Part shown: in pieces, positions 1 to 11,938 of the stretch
Layout: every line of letters starts with the position of its first letter
Position numbering within the stretch: the stretch's first letter is position 1
From: an uncultured Actinomycetota bacterium
Lineage (GTDB): Bacteria; Actinomycetota; Actinomycetes; CAVWCF01
Length of the DNA: 64,000 bases
Direction of reading: 5' to 3'
NCBI GenBank assembly: GCA_963818455.1
Contig: CAWFSE010000010.1
Span: forward strand, 106 to 64,105
Position numbers and translations under genes: made by a program
Notes under the pieces: model-generated
Database searches by the model: none
What the model saw: the letters and a program-made list of their open reading frames with translations, nothing else
What the model was told of the DNA's origin: nothing

Positions 1-211
1 CGAGGTCCTCGGCGGCGACCTCCTCGAAGGCCACCGCCAGCAGGTCGTCGTGGGAGTCGAAGTAGTGGTGCAGCAGGCCGGTGCTGACCCCGGCCTCGGC
101 GGCCACGTCACGGCTCGTCGTCTCCAGCAGGCCCTTGCGCCGCATCACGGCGATCGCGGCGTCGACGAAGTCGCGCCGCCGGCGATCCGCTGGCTTGTGC
201 ACCTGGGCCAC
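1..211 (-). CDS. TetR family transcriptional regulator (N-terminal part; runs off window edge)
   Basis: Manual translation from GTG at 211: [62 protein letters not shown], a TetR HTH. TACGGT -10 lies 6 nt upstream (leaderless). Confidence 0.9.
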   Translation of the reverse strand, partial: MAQVHKPADRRRRDFVDAAIAVMRRKGLLETTSRDVAAEAGVSTGLLHHYFDSHDDLLAVAFEEVAAEDL

Positions 212-285
212 ACGCCGACCGTAGCCAACGACAGGGCCCTCGCGGCCCCGGCCCGGCCATGCGGGCGCGGGCTACGCTCGCCGCC

Positions 286-1090
286 GTGAACCTCACCCCC
301 ACCGAGGTCGACCGGCTGCTATTGCACCTGGCCGCCACGTTGGCGCGCGCCCGCAGCGCCCGGGGCCTGGCGCTGAACGTGCCCGAGGCCACCGCGCTCG
401 TCGCCGACGCCGTCGCCGAGGCCGCTCGCGACGGCCGCACGCACGACGAGGCGGTGGCCGCGGCCGCAGGCGCTCGGCCCCGAAGACGTGCTGCCGGGGG
501 TCGCCGACATCCTCGGCGAGGTCCACGTCGAGGCGGTCTTCGACGACGGCTCGCGCCTGGTCACCGTGTCCGACCCGATCGGCGGCGGTGCACCTGGGAG
601 CACAGGCCCCCGGGGCGCTGCTGCCCGGCGTTCGCGCGACGACGAGGGCGTCCACGTCGGCGACGCGACCCGCACCGCCGACATCGTGCAGCTCGACCGT
701 GGTCAACGAGGCCGTGGTCCCCGTCACCGTGTCGTCGCACTTCCACTTCTTCGAGGTCAACCCGCGGCTGCGCTTCGACCGCGCCGCCGCGTACGGGAGG
801 CGGCTGGACGTCCCGGCCGGCTCCACCGTGACCTTCGCGCCCGGGCTGCCGACCGCCGTCGACCTGGTGCCGATCGGCGGAGCCCGCGTCGTCGTCGGCT
901 TCGCCGGGCTGGTCGACGGGCCGCTCGACGCGCCGGGGGCGCGGGAGTCGGCGTTGGCCAAGGCCCGGGCCTGCGGCTTCGCCGACTCCGGCTCCCCCGC
1001 GACGCAGCCCGATCCCGCTGGCGCTGTCGCAGCCGCGCTTCGCGCTCGGCCGGGAGGCAGCCCCGGAGCCGGGGTCCGTGGAGCGACATG
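286..1090 (+). CDS. ureAB: Urease gamma/beta fusion subunit (frameshifted; 3' end uncertain)
   Basis: Gamma: [13 protein letters not shown]...[12 protein letters not shown]...[18 protein letters not shown]. Beta: [38 protein letters not shown]. Pieces fall in three frames. TACGCT -10 at 273-278. Confidence 0.85.
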
Positions 1091-2756
1091 GCGGTGCACG
1101 GCCCCCGCCTGGGCGACCGGGTGCGGCTTGGCGACACCGGCCTGACCCTGGAGGTGATGGCCGACGACCGGCTGGCCGGCGACGAGCTGCTGCTCGGCTT
1201 CGCCAAGACGGGTCGCGACGGGATGGGGCTGCGCGCCGTGACGCGCGAGCGCGTCCTGCGACGTCGTCATCACCAACGTGCTGCTGCTCGACCCGGTGCT
1301 CGGCGTGCGGGTCACCTCGATCGGGATCCGCGAGGGCCGCATCTCGGCGCTCGGCCGGGCCGGCAACCCCGACACCACCGACGGCGTTGACGTCGTCGTC
1401 GGCAGCGGCACGGTCGTCATCCCCGGCGAGGGCCTGATCGCCACCCCCGGCGCCGTCGACACGCATGTGCACGGCCTCAGCCCGCGGGTGATGGAGGCCG
1501 CGCTCTCCTCGGGCGTGACCAGCCTGATCACCCAGGAGTTCGGCCCGTTCTGGGGGGTCGGGGTCGGCTCGGGGTGGGCGCTGCGCCACGCGTACGCCGC
1601 CTTCGACGCCTGGCCGGTCAACGTCGGCGTGCTCGGCCGGGGCTCGTCGCGCGCTGCAGGACCCGCTGCTCGAGGCGCTGGAGGCCGGCGTCTGCGGCTT
1701 CAAGGTGCACGAGGACACCGGGGCGCACCTGCGCACCCTGGACGCCGCGCTCGTGGCCGCCGAGGCGCACGACGTGCAGGTGTGCCTGCACACCGACGGG
1801 CTCAACGAGGGGCTCACCGTCGCCGACACCCTCGCGGTGCTCGAGGGCCGGGCGGTGCACGCGTTCCACGTCGAGGGCTGCGGCGGCGGCCACACGCCCG
1901 ACGTACTGCGGCTAGCCGGCGTCGACCACGTGCTCGCCTCATCGACCAACCCGACGCTGCCCTTCGGCGTCAACGCCCTCGCCGAGCACGTCTCGATGAT
2001 CATGGTCTCGCACGGGCTGCACCCCGACCTGCCCGGCGACCTCGACCTGGCCCGCTCCCGCGTCCGCGCCGAGACCATGGGCGCGGAGAACCTGCTGCAC
2101 GACCACGGCGTGATCCCGATGACCAGCTCAGACGCGCTCGGCATGGGCCGGGCCGGCGAGACCTGGCGGCGCACCTTCGGCCTCGCGGCCGTCACGAAGG
2201 GCGCGCCGGGCGGCGCGGTCGACGCCGACGACGAGGCCGCCGGCCACGACAACGACCGGGTGCTGCGCTACCTCGCCAAGCTCACCGTCAACCCCGCGCT
2301 CGTGCACGGCCTGGCCCACGAGGTCGGCACCCTGCAGGTGGGGCGCCTCGCCGACGTCGTGTTGTGGCGGCCGGCGTACTTCGCGGCCAAGCCCGCCCTC
2401 GTGGTGAAGGGCGGGCTGCCCGCGTGGGGCCCGCTCGGCGACCCCAACGCCGCCACCGACACCGTCGAGCCGCTGCGCTACGGCCCGCAGTTCGGCGGGT
2501 ACGGCGCGCGCCCTCGCAGCTGTCGGTGCTCTTCACCAACGGGTCGGCCGACGAGTCCGCGCAGCCGTTCCCGACCAAGCGCCGCCGGGTGCCGGTGCGC
2601 GGCACTCGCTCGGTGCGGCTGTCGCAGCTCGTGCGCAACTCCCGGCTCGCCTCGGTCGAGGTCGACCCGCACTCGGCGGCCGTCACCATGGATGGCCTGC
2701 CGCTGCACTTCGAGCCGGTGGCCCGCGCCCCCTTGCAGCGCCTGTACTTCCTCTAG
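1088..2756 (+). CDS. ureC: Urease subunit alpha, Streptomyces ureC2-like (frameshifted; start uncertain)
   Basis: GPRLGDRVRLGDTG, GRAGNPD, DTHVH, GFKVHED, LHTDGLNE, FHVEGCGGGH, SSTNPT, SSDALGMGRAGE and the C-terminal PLQRLYFL are all present. Confidence 0.93.
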
Positions 2757-3277
2757 GCCGAAGGGCGCGTCACCGGGATGACGACCTCGTTGCGGCGCAG
2801 GAACGGCGGCTTCCACGGCGGGTCGAACCGCGCGTACCGCGGACGGCCGGCGACCTCGAGCCCCGCGGCGGCGATGTCCGCGAGGAGCGAGTCGACGTGC
2901 TTGCGGTACGACGACTCGGTCCAGCGCCCGGAGTAGGTCACGGCGGCGGCGAGCTGCTCGGGCACCTCGTGCACCGTGATCCGCTCACCGGACGGCTCCG
3001 GCAGCTGGTCGATCGTGGAGCCCGCGGGCATGACGAAGGAGACGAGGTGGGTCTGCCGCTCCTCGACCGTCTCCTGGATCACCGGCGCCGTCATGGCGAC
3101 CTTCGCGCCGCTGCGGTTGCGCCCGCTGATGTACGACACCAGCGGGCCGAAACCGGCGTTGCCCGCCCGCTCGAACGCCCCCGTCATCTCCACCTCGGCG
3201 ACGACGTGGTCGGGGTAGTGCCGCAGCTCAAAGCCCTGGTGGATCTCGACAACCTCATACACCTGCTGCTCGGTCAT
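2753..3277 (-). CDS. SOUL family heme-binding protein
   Basis: MTEQQVYEVV...FELRHYP...GFGPLVSYISGRN...KVAMTAPV...ARFDPPWKPPFLRRNEVVIPV. Confidence 0.92.
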   Translation of the reverse strand: MTEQQVYEVVEIHQGFELRHYPDHVVAEVEMTGAFERAGNAGFGPLVSYISGRNRSGAKVAMTAPVIQETVEERQTHLVSFVMPAGSTIDQLPEPSGERITVHEVPEQLAAAVTYSGRWTESSYRKHVDSLLADIAAAGLEVAGRPRYARFDPPWKPPFLRRNEVVIPVTRPSA

Positions 3278-3343
3278 ACCTCCACGGTAGGCGTGCCGGC
3301 TCCGACCGCAAGCGGAGAGCGGCCCTCGCGAAGGGTGGGACCC

Positions 3344-3621
3344 ATGGGCGGTATCGGCAACATCCTCTGGATCATCATCGGCGGCGCCATCATCGGCGTC
3401 ATCGCGCGGCTGCTGCTGCCCGGCAAGCAGGACATCCCCTGGTGGTCGGTCATCGTCGCCGGTATCGCGGGCATGCTGGTCGGCGACTGGATCTCCCAGC
3501 TGCGGGGGTGGAGGAGACCGGCGGCTTCGACTGGATCCGCCACGGCCTCCAGCTCGCGGTCGGCGCGGCCGCCGTCGCCGGGGTCGGCTCAGTGTTGGGG
3601 AAGCGATCCTCCGCACCCTGA
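3344..3621 (+). CDS. GlsB/YeaQ/YmgE (transglycosylase-associated) small membrane protein, one frameshift
   Basis: MGGIGNILWIIIGGAIIGVIARLLLPGKQDIPWW..., then ETGGFDWIRHGLQLAVGAAAV after an indel. Confidence 0.85.
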
Positions 3622-3671
3622 CCCGCAAGGCGGTGCCGTAGCTGCAGCCCGGCAGTTGGGCTCCGGGCGCG

Positions 3672-5646
3672 CTACGGCCCGACCCGGAACGGCCGCATCA
3701 TCTCGTTGTCCTCGTGCTCGACGATGTGGCAGTGCCAGACGAAGCGGCCCGGCAGGTCGAAGCGTGGCCTTCACCCGGGTGATCTCGCCCGGGTAGGCGA
3801 TGACGGTGTCCTTGAACCCGGCTCCCAGGGCTCCGGCGTGCCGCGGCTGCCACCGTGCAGGGCCCGGCGTCCCACCACCTCGAACTGCACCAGGTGGATG
3901 TGGATCGGGTGGGCGTCCACGGTGAAGTTGTAGATCTCCCAGACCTCGGTGGCGCCCAGCGCCGGGTTCTCGGTGATCGGATCGTCCCACATCGATCGGG
4001 CATCGCCCGTCGGCCATTCCGTCGTGCTCATGCACCTCGCCCAGGAAGCGCGGCGCCGCGGGCCGACGCCCTCCAGCACCTCGGAGTCGACCTCGTTGAG
4101 CGACACCCGCCGCGTGGCCGTGGCCACGGGGTCGGGGCCGCGGCGGGAGCCCGAGCTGGTCCGGCGGCGTGCTCGAGGTCGCGAGACCGCAGCCCGGCAC
4201 CACGCGGAACTTCATCACCTGTCCGGTCTGTCGCGGGTCGGCGGCCTCGAAGTCGACGCCCGGCTCCCACCGCCGAACGGCTCGTCCGGGCCGAGGTTCT
4301 GCAGCATGACCTCGGCGCCGGCTCGGGCAGCCCGGTGAAGTCGACGATCACGTCGGCCCGCTCGGCGGGCGCCATCAGCAGCTGCTCGAGCTGCACCGGC
4401 GCCGGCAGGAAGCCGCCCTCGGTGCCGATCTGCCAGAAGCGTCGCGCCCGTTGTCGTCCATCCGCAGGATCAGGAAGCGGGAGTTGCAGCCGTTCAGGAG
4501 CCGGAAGCGGTAGCGGCCGCGGCTCGACCTCCAGGACCGGCCAGGTCCGGCCGTTGACGACCATCGTGTTGCCGAAGAACTCCGGGTTCCAGATCGGCGA
4601 GATGTCGCTCGTCGGGCATGTAGGGCGCCGGCGAAGCCGTCGAAGAACGTCGCGCGAGTCGGGGTAGAAGAGCGAGCCGTCCGCGTTGAAGGAGCGGTCC
4701 TGGATGGCGAGCGGGATCTCGTAGTACCGCGTTCCCGGCGGGTCGCCGAGCGCCGGCGCCGGGCCGGGCAGCGTGCCGGCCGACGGCGTCGCTCGGGCCG
4801 CCGCGCAGCAGGTAGAAGCCGGCCGGGCCGGCGTAGACGTTGAGCCGGGTCATGCCCGAGCGTGTGGTCGTGGTACCAGAGCGTCGCGGCGCGCTGGTCG
4901 TTCGGGTACTGGAACGCCGCGCTGCCCGGGTGCCCAGTCCACGCCGGTGCCGCGCCCGGAAGGCGGCGCGGAACTCGTCGTACACGGTGCCCACCCGGCG
5001 CGTAGCCCGGCCGGGATGTTGCGTGGCCGTCGGGCAGGTACCAGGCCTCGGGGTAGCCGTCGCTGTCCTCGGTCGTGTGGGCGCCGTGGACGTGGGTGAC
5101 CATCGGCACCGGCCCGGGTACGGCTCCGGCCGGCTCGGGACGTCGCGTCCCGCCGGGGCCCCGGCGGGTTCGCCCAGTGCAGCGTCTGGTCGACCGGCAG
5201 CAGGTGCGGCAGGAGCGCCCGTTCGGGTCCCGCAGGCCGTTGATCCACTTGACCCGCACCGGGGGCTCCCACTGGCCTCGATGGTGGGCGACGGGAAGCC
5301 GAAGGTGCCGGGGAAGTCCGGCCCCGTAGCCCCAGACCGTGGTCGCCGGGTGGCCCGCCGGCAGGATCTGCTGCCGGAACTGGCGCACCGCGATCTCGTA
5401 GTAGTCGATGTTCTTGCCGCCGCGCACGCGCACCTTGCGCAGCCGCGGCATCGCCGGCGGGACCACCAGCGGGGACACGAACTTGTCGATGTCGCCGGGA
5501 TCGAGGGTGCCGCCGCCGTTCATCACCGCGCGCATCGTGCCGCCGCGCTCGTAGAGCCGCAGGTGGGGGGCCACCACCGCGGCGGCGCCGGCCACACCCG
5601 AGTAGGTCAGGAAATCGCGACGGGTGATCCACCGGAAGTCGGCCAT
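3672..5646 (-). CDS. Tat-exported multicopper oxidase (bilirubin oxidase/CotA-like), multiple frameshifts
   Basis: Twin-arginine signal TRRDFL. Cu motifs [20 protein letters not shown] and [14 protein letters not shown]. Confidence 0.9.
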
Positions 5647-5746
5647 GGTCCCCTCCAGAACGCTGCCCACGTTGGGCCCAGGATGGACCGCTCCGCTGCG
5701 CGAGGGAAGGGACTTAGGGCCGCGGACGCGGCGGGGCCGCGCGGCG

Positions 5747-7409
5747 CTACTCGATGTCGTAGGCCTCGATCAGCGCCTCGAGGCGCGCGGTGTCGGCATC
5801 GGTCCACCCGGGCGGCTGCGAGACCGCGGCCCAGGCGGCCGGCATGGCGGTGCCGTAGTTGTGGCCCTGGCCGTTGGGCACGTTGACCCCGACGAACTGG
5901 TCGACGGTCACCTGCAGGAACGTCAGCACCGGGTAGTAGCGCATGGTCGGCGTGCGGCCCGGGCCGGGCGGCTCCTTGAGCCAGTCGGGCTCCTCGGCGA
6001 TCAGCGCCGGGCTCCACCACACGACCGGGTCGTTGGCGTGCTGCAGGTACGCCACCCGCGGCGACCCCCACGCCCCGGCGGGCTCGGCCAGGTCGGCCGG
6101 GGCGCCGGCGAACCGGATCAGCCGGCCGCCCTCGTACACCGGCCGCCACTGCGGGCTGCCCGCGTCGCGGCCGTCCTCGATCGCGCCCCAGGGCTGGCTG
6201 AAGTTCGGCGACCCGGAGAAGACCGCCCCCTGGGTGCGGGCCACGAGGTCGTCGGCCGTCGGGAACGCCGACTGCAGCGAGAACGACCCGAGGCTCAGGC
6301 CGTAGCCGAGCAGCTTGGGCCGCTCGTCGGCGGGCAGCGTCGACCACCTGGCGTGCACGGCGTCGAAGATGGCGCGGCCCGCGTCCTGCGCCCGCTCCGC
6401 GTCGACCAGGGTGGAGATCCAGGAGGGCAGGTACGAGTACTGGATCCCGACGATCGCCGAGTCGCCGTTCCACTCGTACTCCAGCGAGTCGACCGACTGC
6501 GGCTCGAGCCACCCGGTCCCGGTGGTGCCCGCCACCACGAGCACGGCCCGGTCGAAGGCGCCCGTGCGGTCGAGCTCCTGCACGGCCAGCTCCGCCCGCT
6601 CGGCTGCGGTCGCGGCGGTGTCGAGCCCGACGTACACCCGGATCGGCTGCTCGGCGGGAGCGCCGTTGAACTCCTGCAGCTCCTGCGGGGACGGCCCGCG
6701 CGCGACGAACCGGCGGCCCTCGGCGCCCAGGGTGTCCCAGGCCGCCAGCGACGACGGCGAGCCCGACCGCTCGGGCTCGGTCGGCTGGTCGATCCCCTCG
6801 GCGGTGCCGTCGTTCGTCCCGGCGTAGACGGTGTCCATCACGGCGACGAACGTGTCGAACAGCAGGCCGGTGGTGGCGCTGTAGACGACCCACACCACGA
6901 CGCCCGGCGGCCATCACCCAGGCGAGGGCCCGCGGCAGCACGAGGTCGAGCAGCCGCGCGAGCCAGGCGGTGACGCGGCGGACCAGCCGGCCGAGGAGCA
7001 CCGCGCCGATCGCCACCGGGACGGCGACGATCGCCACCTCGAGCGCGGTGCCGAGCCCCTCGTCCGCCATCCCGACCAGGGTGCGCACCTCGTTCTGCCA
7101 GCCCACACCCACCAGCAGCCAGAAGACGGCCAGCGCTGGTCCGCCGACCGCGAGCCCGCGCCAGGCCCACCGCTTCACCGCGGCGCTCGGCTCCGGGATG
7201 GGCAGCCGGCGCACCAGCCAGGACAGGAGCACGCCGAGGCCGTACCCCAGAGCCGCGCCGAGCCCGGCGATGACGCCCTCGAACAGCCACGGCCGAGGCA
7301 GCAGCGACGGGGTGAGCGCGGCGCCGAACGCGAGGGTGGCGACGACCAGCCCCAGGAAGTTGGGCCGGCGTACGCGGCGCGGACCTCGGTCGCTCACAGC
7401 GGGGAGCAT
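5747..7409 (-). CDS. Membrane-anchored alpha/beta-hydrolase family protein (Abhydrolase_9/DUF2319), one frameshift
   Basis: LTPSLLPRPWL N-terminal TM region. TLGAEGRRFV, PIRVYVGL, TTGTGW, QYSYLPSW, GLSLGS, QHANDPVVWW, GHNYG. Confidence 0.88.
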
Positions 7410-7490
7410 AGGGCGCGCCCTCGGCGCGGCCTGGCCGGCGGGTACGGCGGGTTGGGGCACGATGGCGCTTTCCGTCTGCTCGGAGGGGTC

Positions 7491-8389
7491 ATGAAGCGCA
7501 CACTCACCGCGCTGGCGCTGGTCGGGTCGATGGCGCTGCTCGTGGGGGCCTGCGGCACCGACGGCGAGGCCACCCGCCCCTCCGTCTCGCTGCCGACTGC
7601 GCTGCCCACGCCGACCCGGACCGCAGTCGACGCCCGCGCCTCAGCCGTCGCCCAGCATCTCGAAGCCCGCCGACACGGCGACGCCCGAGCCGACCCTTGA
7701 GCCGACCAGCCCGCCGGCCTCCCCCGACGCCTCGCCGTCGGAGTCCGAGACCGAGACACCTGAGCCGACCCCCACACCGACCGTGACCGTCACCGAGACG
7801 GCGCCACCCCGCCCCCACGCCGACCCCCACCCCCACCCCGACCCCGACCCCGACGCCGACTCCGAGCGAGGACCTCAACGCCGGGAGCGCCACGCCTCTC
7901 CCCTCTGAGGACGCGACGCCCGCCGAGTCCGGCGGGATCCCGTGGTGGGTCTGGCTGCTCCTCGCCGCCGTCGTGATCGGCGGGGGCGCCTGGTGGTACG
8001 TCGTGGCGTCCCGTCGCCGCGCGTGGGACGAGCGCTACGCGGCCTCGGCCGCCGACGCCCGCTGGGTGCACGACGTGCTCACCCCGTCGGTGACGGACCG
8101 GCTGATCCCGGTCGAGCAGGCGTCCGGGGTCTGGGCGGAGTCGCGCTCGCGCATCGACGACACCGTCGCGGGGCTCTACCAGCTGCGCCCCGACGCCCCG
8201 AACGAGGTGCGCGGCGGCCGGGTCGACCGGCTCTCCACAAGCCTCACCGACCTGCAGCGCTCCCTCGACGCCGACCTGGCCCTGCGGTCCGGACCGGCTC
8301 CGGACCCGCTCGCGCTCTCCCAGTCCGAGCAGGCGGTCAGCGCGATGCGGACGGCCCTGCTGGCCGTCCTCGACGACCCGACGCTCTAG
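7491..8389 (+). CDS. Hypothetical lipoprotein/membrane protein with Pro-Thr-rich linker (frameshifted)
   Basis: Lipobox MKRTLTALALVGSMALLVGAC, PT repeats, TM segment WWVWLLLAAVVIGGGAWWY, and a helical C-terminal domain. Confidence 0.6.
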
Positions 8390-9197
8390 GCCGACGGCCT
8401 GCGGGCGCGCACCACGACGGCGCTCACCAGCGTGACCAAGGCCGCGATGACGGCGGCCGCGGCGACGGTCGCCGACTCCGGCTCGCCGGAGGTGCGCGCC
8501 ACCGCGACCCAGCCGAGCCCCCACGCGAGCCCGACCGCGGGGGCAATCCGGCCGTTGAGCCCGACCGCCAGCAGCACACCGACCCCCGCGGCGACGGCGA
8601 GCACGGCGACAGCCCAGGCCGTCGCGGCCGACCCCTCGGCGTCGACTCCGGCGGCGACCAGCGTCGCCGCGGTGTTGGCGACCGTCGCGATGCACACCCA
8701 GCCCAGGTAGAGGCCCAGCGAGCCGTCCACCACGACGGCCTCGTACCGGGTCGAGGGCGGGGACTCGCCCAGCCGGACGAGGACCACGACGAGGACGGCC
8801 AGCAGCAGCGCGATCACCGCGACGCTGAGGGCCAGCCACTCGGCCTGGATCACCGCCACCCAGGCGGCGTTCAGCAGCAGCGAGGCGGCGACCAGCCAGC
8901 CGACCCGCCGCTGGCGCGGGTCAGCGCGCCGCGAGGGGTCGAGCTGGAAGGCCGCCAGCAGGAGCAGCCCGGTGTAGATCACGCCCCAGATCGAGAAGGC
9001 GGGCCCGGCGGGCGCGACCAGCGTGGCGTCGGTGGCGAGCGCGCCGTCGGCGACCTGGTTGACCGGGGTGCCGACGACGGCGCCCGAGGCGAGGAAGGCC
9101 ACCGCCACGCCGATGACGGCGCTGGCCGCGACGGCCCACTGGCGCGGGGCGTCGCGGCTCCCGGCGCGCCCATCCGGTTCGGTGCGGTCGAGCCCAT
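8386..9197 (-). CDS. Tryptophan-rich sensory protein (TspO/MBR-like) membrane protein
   Basis: DATLVAPAGPAFSIWGVIY, SLLLNAAWV, GLYLGWVCIATVAN. Start uncertain owing to an indel. Confidence 0.8.
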
Positions 9198-9220
9198 CGC
9201 CCCTCCTCGAGCCTGTGCGC

Positions 9221-11358
9221 CTACTTCTTGGAGTTGCCGCCCAAGACCAGCCGGTAGGCGTAGTCGGCGTCCAGGACGTCGAGGTCGCCGGAGGGCAGGT
9301 TGGAGATGCACGACCGCCACATCGCGCTTGGCGGTGTTGGCGCACTGGGTGGAGAAGCCGCCCTGGGTGAACTGCGTCGCCGCTGCAGCCGGTAGACGTG
9401 GCTGCCCGCGGAGTCGATCAGCTCGACGGGCGTTGGTGACGCCCGGGGTGAGGTCGCAGGCCGCGACCAGCTGCACGGACCAGTCGTTGTCCTGCGCGCC
9501 GTCGGTGCTGAACCAGCCAGCGCCGTCGGGCGCCGGGGTGACCGCCGCGCCGTCGACCTGACGTCGTCGACGAACCAGCCGGTGTCGAGGTAGGCCGCGT
9601 CGGTCGAGTAGCGGAACCGCACGTCGGTCGCCCCAGCGCGGCATCGTGGCCGTCAGGTGGACGTAGACCGGGTCGTCGACGAAGTACGCCCCGCCCGAGG
9701 TGCCGGTCAGGCCGTTGCCCTCGGTGTTGTTGCCGTGCGGGTCGTCGTCGGTCGTGACCGTCGGTGCCGCTGTCGTCGACCATCGGCACGGTGACCCAGT
9801 CGCCGCCGACCAGGGCCTCGACGAAGCCGTAGTCCCAGCCCTCCTCGATGAAGTACCAGGTCCAGAAGTCCAGCGCTGCTCGCCGCCGGCGGCGTCGACG
9901 CGAGGAGGTGGTCGGACTGGCTGGCGTACCCGGCGTACCAGTGGGTGTCGCCCGTGTGCGGGGCGATCGGGTGACCGTGCTCGCCTCGAGCACTTGAAGT
10001 CGACGCTGAACGTCGGGCCGGGGTTGCGGAACATCTCGTAGGACGTGCCGAACGGCAGCGCGGTGGGGTCGGGCCGCTTGCGGCAGGCGGTCCCACTTGG
10101 CCTCCGGCAGTCGCGCCGCTTGTAGCTAGCCGCGGCCGTCCCAGAAGACGTCGTTGGCGATGTCGATGGTCCAGCGGGTGTAGGCCGGGTCGCCGAAGTC
10201 GACGGCCTTGATGTCCCACAGGTCGGAGCCCTCGGTCGTCGAGGTAGACCGCGATCGGCCCAGTCCTTGAACAGGCTCCTCGGCCGAGCGCAGCTCTGCG
10301 CCGGTCTCGTCGTTGAAGTCGTCGATCGCCGTGCTGCACGCCCTCCATGCCGTCGGCCTGCTCGGCGAAGATCATCTTGATCAGCAGGTCGCCGGCCGCG
10401 CCGTCGTACTGGCAGGTCCGGGTCTGTACGTGCCGTCGCCGTTGCCGCCGGCCTGCTCCCACAGGTACTGGAAGAACGTGTAGGAGGCGCCGTAGTTCTC
10501 CAGGCCGCCGCCCCAGCGGGTCAGCGAGGTCTCGCGGTGGAAGACCTGGTGGTAGGTCAGGTGCGAGCCGCCGACGTCGTAGCCGTTGAAGAAGATCGCC
10601 AGGTCGGCCAGGCCCTCGTCGACCCAGGACAGCTCGCCGGGGTCGCTGTAGTTGTGCAGCAGGTGCTCGAGCTCGTGGGCGACGACGCCCTCGTACAGCT
10701 CGGAGCGGCCGTTGCGGCGTTGCCCGTCTGGTCGCCGATGCGGTTGGCCCAGTCGAACGCGTCGACGGCGATCACGTTCATGCCCGCGCTGGCGATGTAG
10801 TCCGGCGCGAAGTAGCCGGCGGTGTAGGTGGTCTCCGCGCAGTCGTACATCGCCTCGTCGTGGAGGTCGTAGACGATCATCACGAGCGCGTCGCTCGCCG
10901 GGCACGGCCGGGCTCGGCCGCGCCCACCTGGCCGAAGTGGTCCTCGTCGATCGCCAGGATGTGGTTGGCCAGCTCGTCGCCGATGTACGTCGATCTGGTC
11001 CTGGGTGAGGACGTAGTCGCCGGCGGAGTTCGTCAGCGCACGGCACGAACTCGTCGCCGGGGTTCCAGTCCGTGAGCGGGTCCATGCTGAGCGCACGCCC
11101 GTCGGCACCGAGCCGAGGGCGTACGCGTTCGGGACGTAGATGAGCACGTCGGTGCCCGTCGGGCGTCGTCCCGGCGTAGACCTGCTTGAAGGTCTCCTCG
11201 TACGTGCCGCCCGCGGCGCTGTCGTTGACGTCCAGAACGATGGTCGGGTCGCCTGGAGTGCCCGAACTCACCGCGCCTGCTGGCACCCCCAGCCCGGCCA
11301 TCGCCACGAGCGTCGCGCCAGCCGTGAGACCGGCGGCCTTGACCCATCGTCCGGACAT
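9221..11358 (-). CDS. Secreted zinc metallopeptidase (M30/immune inhibitor A-like), multiple frameshifts
   Basis: Signal peptide. HELEH followed by WVDEGLAD. C-terminal FWTWYFIEEGWDYGFVE / LTGTSGG / FRYSTD...GWFVDDV resembles the InhA-type beta-sandwich. Confidence 0.8.
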
Positions 11359-11454
11359 AGTCAACCTCCGCAGTAGGGGACCGAATCGGACGCTACCCCT
11401 CCGACTGGGCCGGCGAGCGGCAAACGTGTGGACCCCCGCCCGACCGGGTCGGGC

Positions 11455-11798
11455 CTAGAGCAGGGCGGCGGTCTCGAAGTACGTCTCGGCCATGTGGGGC
11501 ACGCTGTCGCCGGTGGCGTACAGCGCCCAGGACAGGTGCTCCATCGCGATGCCGGCCTTGGTGTTGAGGTCCATCAGGTCCGGGTCGGCCAGGATGCCCG
11601 GCCAGCGCGTCCATCTCGCCCGCGAACGATCATGAGGTTGTGGCCGCCCTGGGTCGACAGGTACCAGTCGTGGCCGGCGATCCGGCCCTCGGCCATCAGC
11701 TGGTCGTAGAAGGCGTCGCTGGCCTCCATCACGGCCTTGGAGTCCAGCTCGCGGCCCGGGATCGCGCCCGTCCACGTGTAGATGATCGCTCCCTGCAC
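11455..11798 (-). CDS. Hypothetical protein (frameshifted)
   Basis: AAGGAG RBS then GTG: MQGAIIYTWTGAIPGRELDSKAV...GGHNLMIVRG, continuing ILADPDLMDLNTKAGIAMEHLSW. High-GC3 codon bias. Confidence 0.6.
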
Positions 11799-11938
11799 GG
11801 CGGTCTCCTTCACGTCCGACGGCTGGCAGCCGCCAGCCCGCGCCCTCGCGGGACCTCCCCCACCGTCTCCGCCCGCCACTCAGCCAGGAAGTGCCCTTGG
11901 TCCCTTGAATGCTTAGTCCCCTAGATGCGGGCCGCCGC

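Noticed and set aside
7780-7865. Hexamer repeats (also 26600-26680 and 40020-40130)
   Set aside because: They encode Pro-Thr/Ser linkers of exported proteins.
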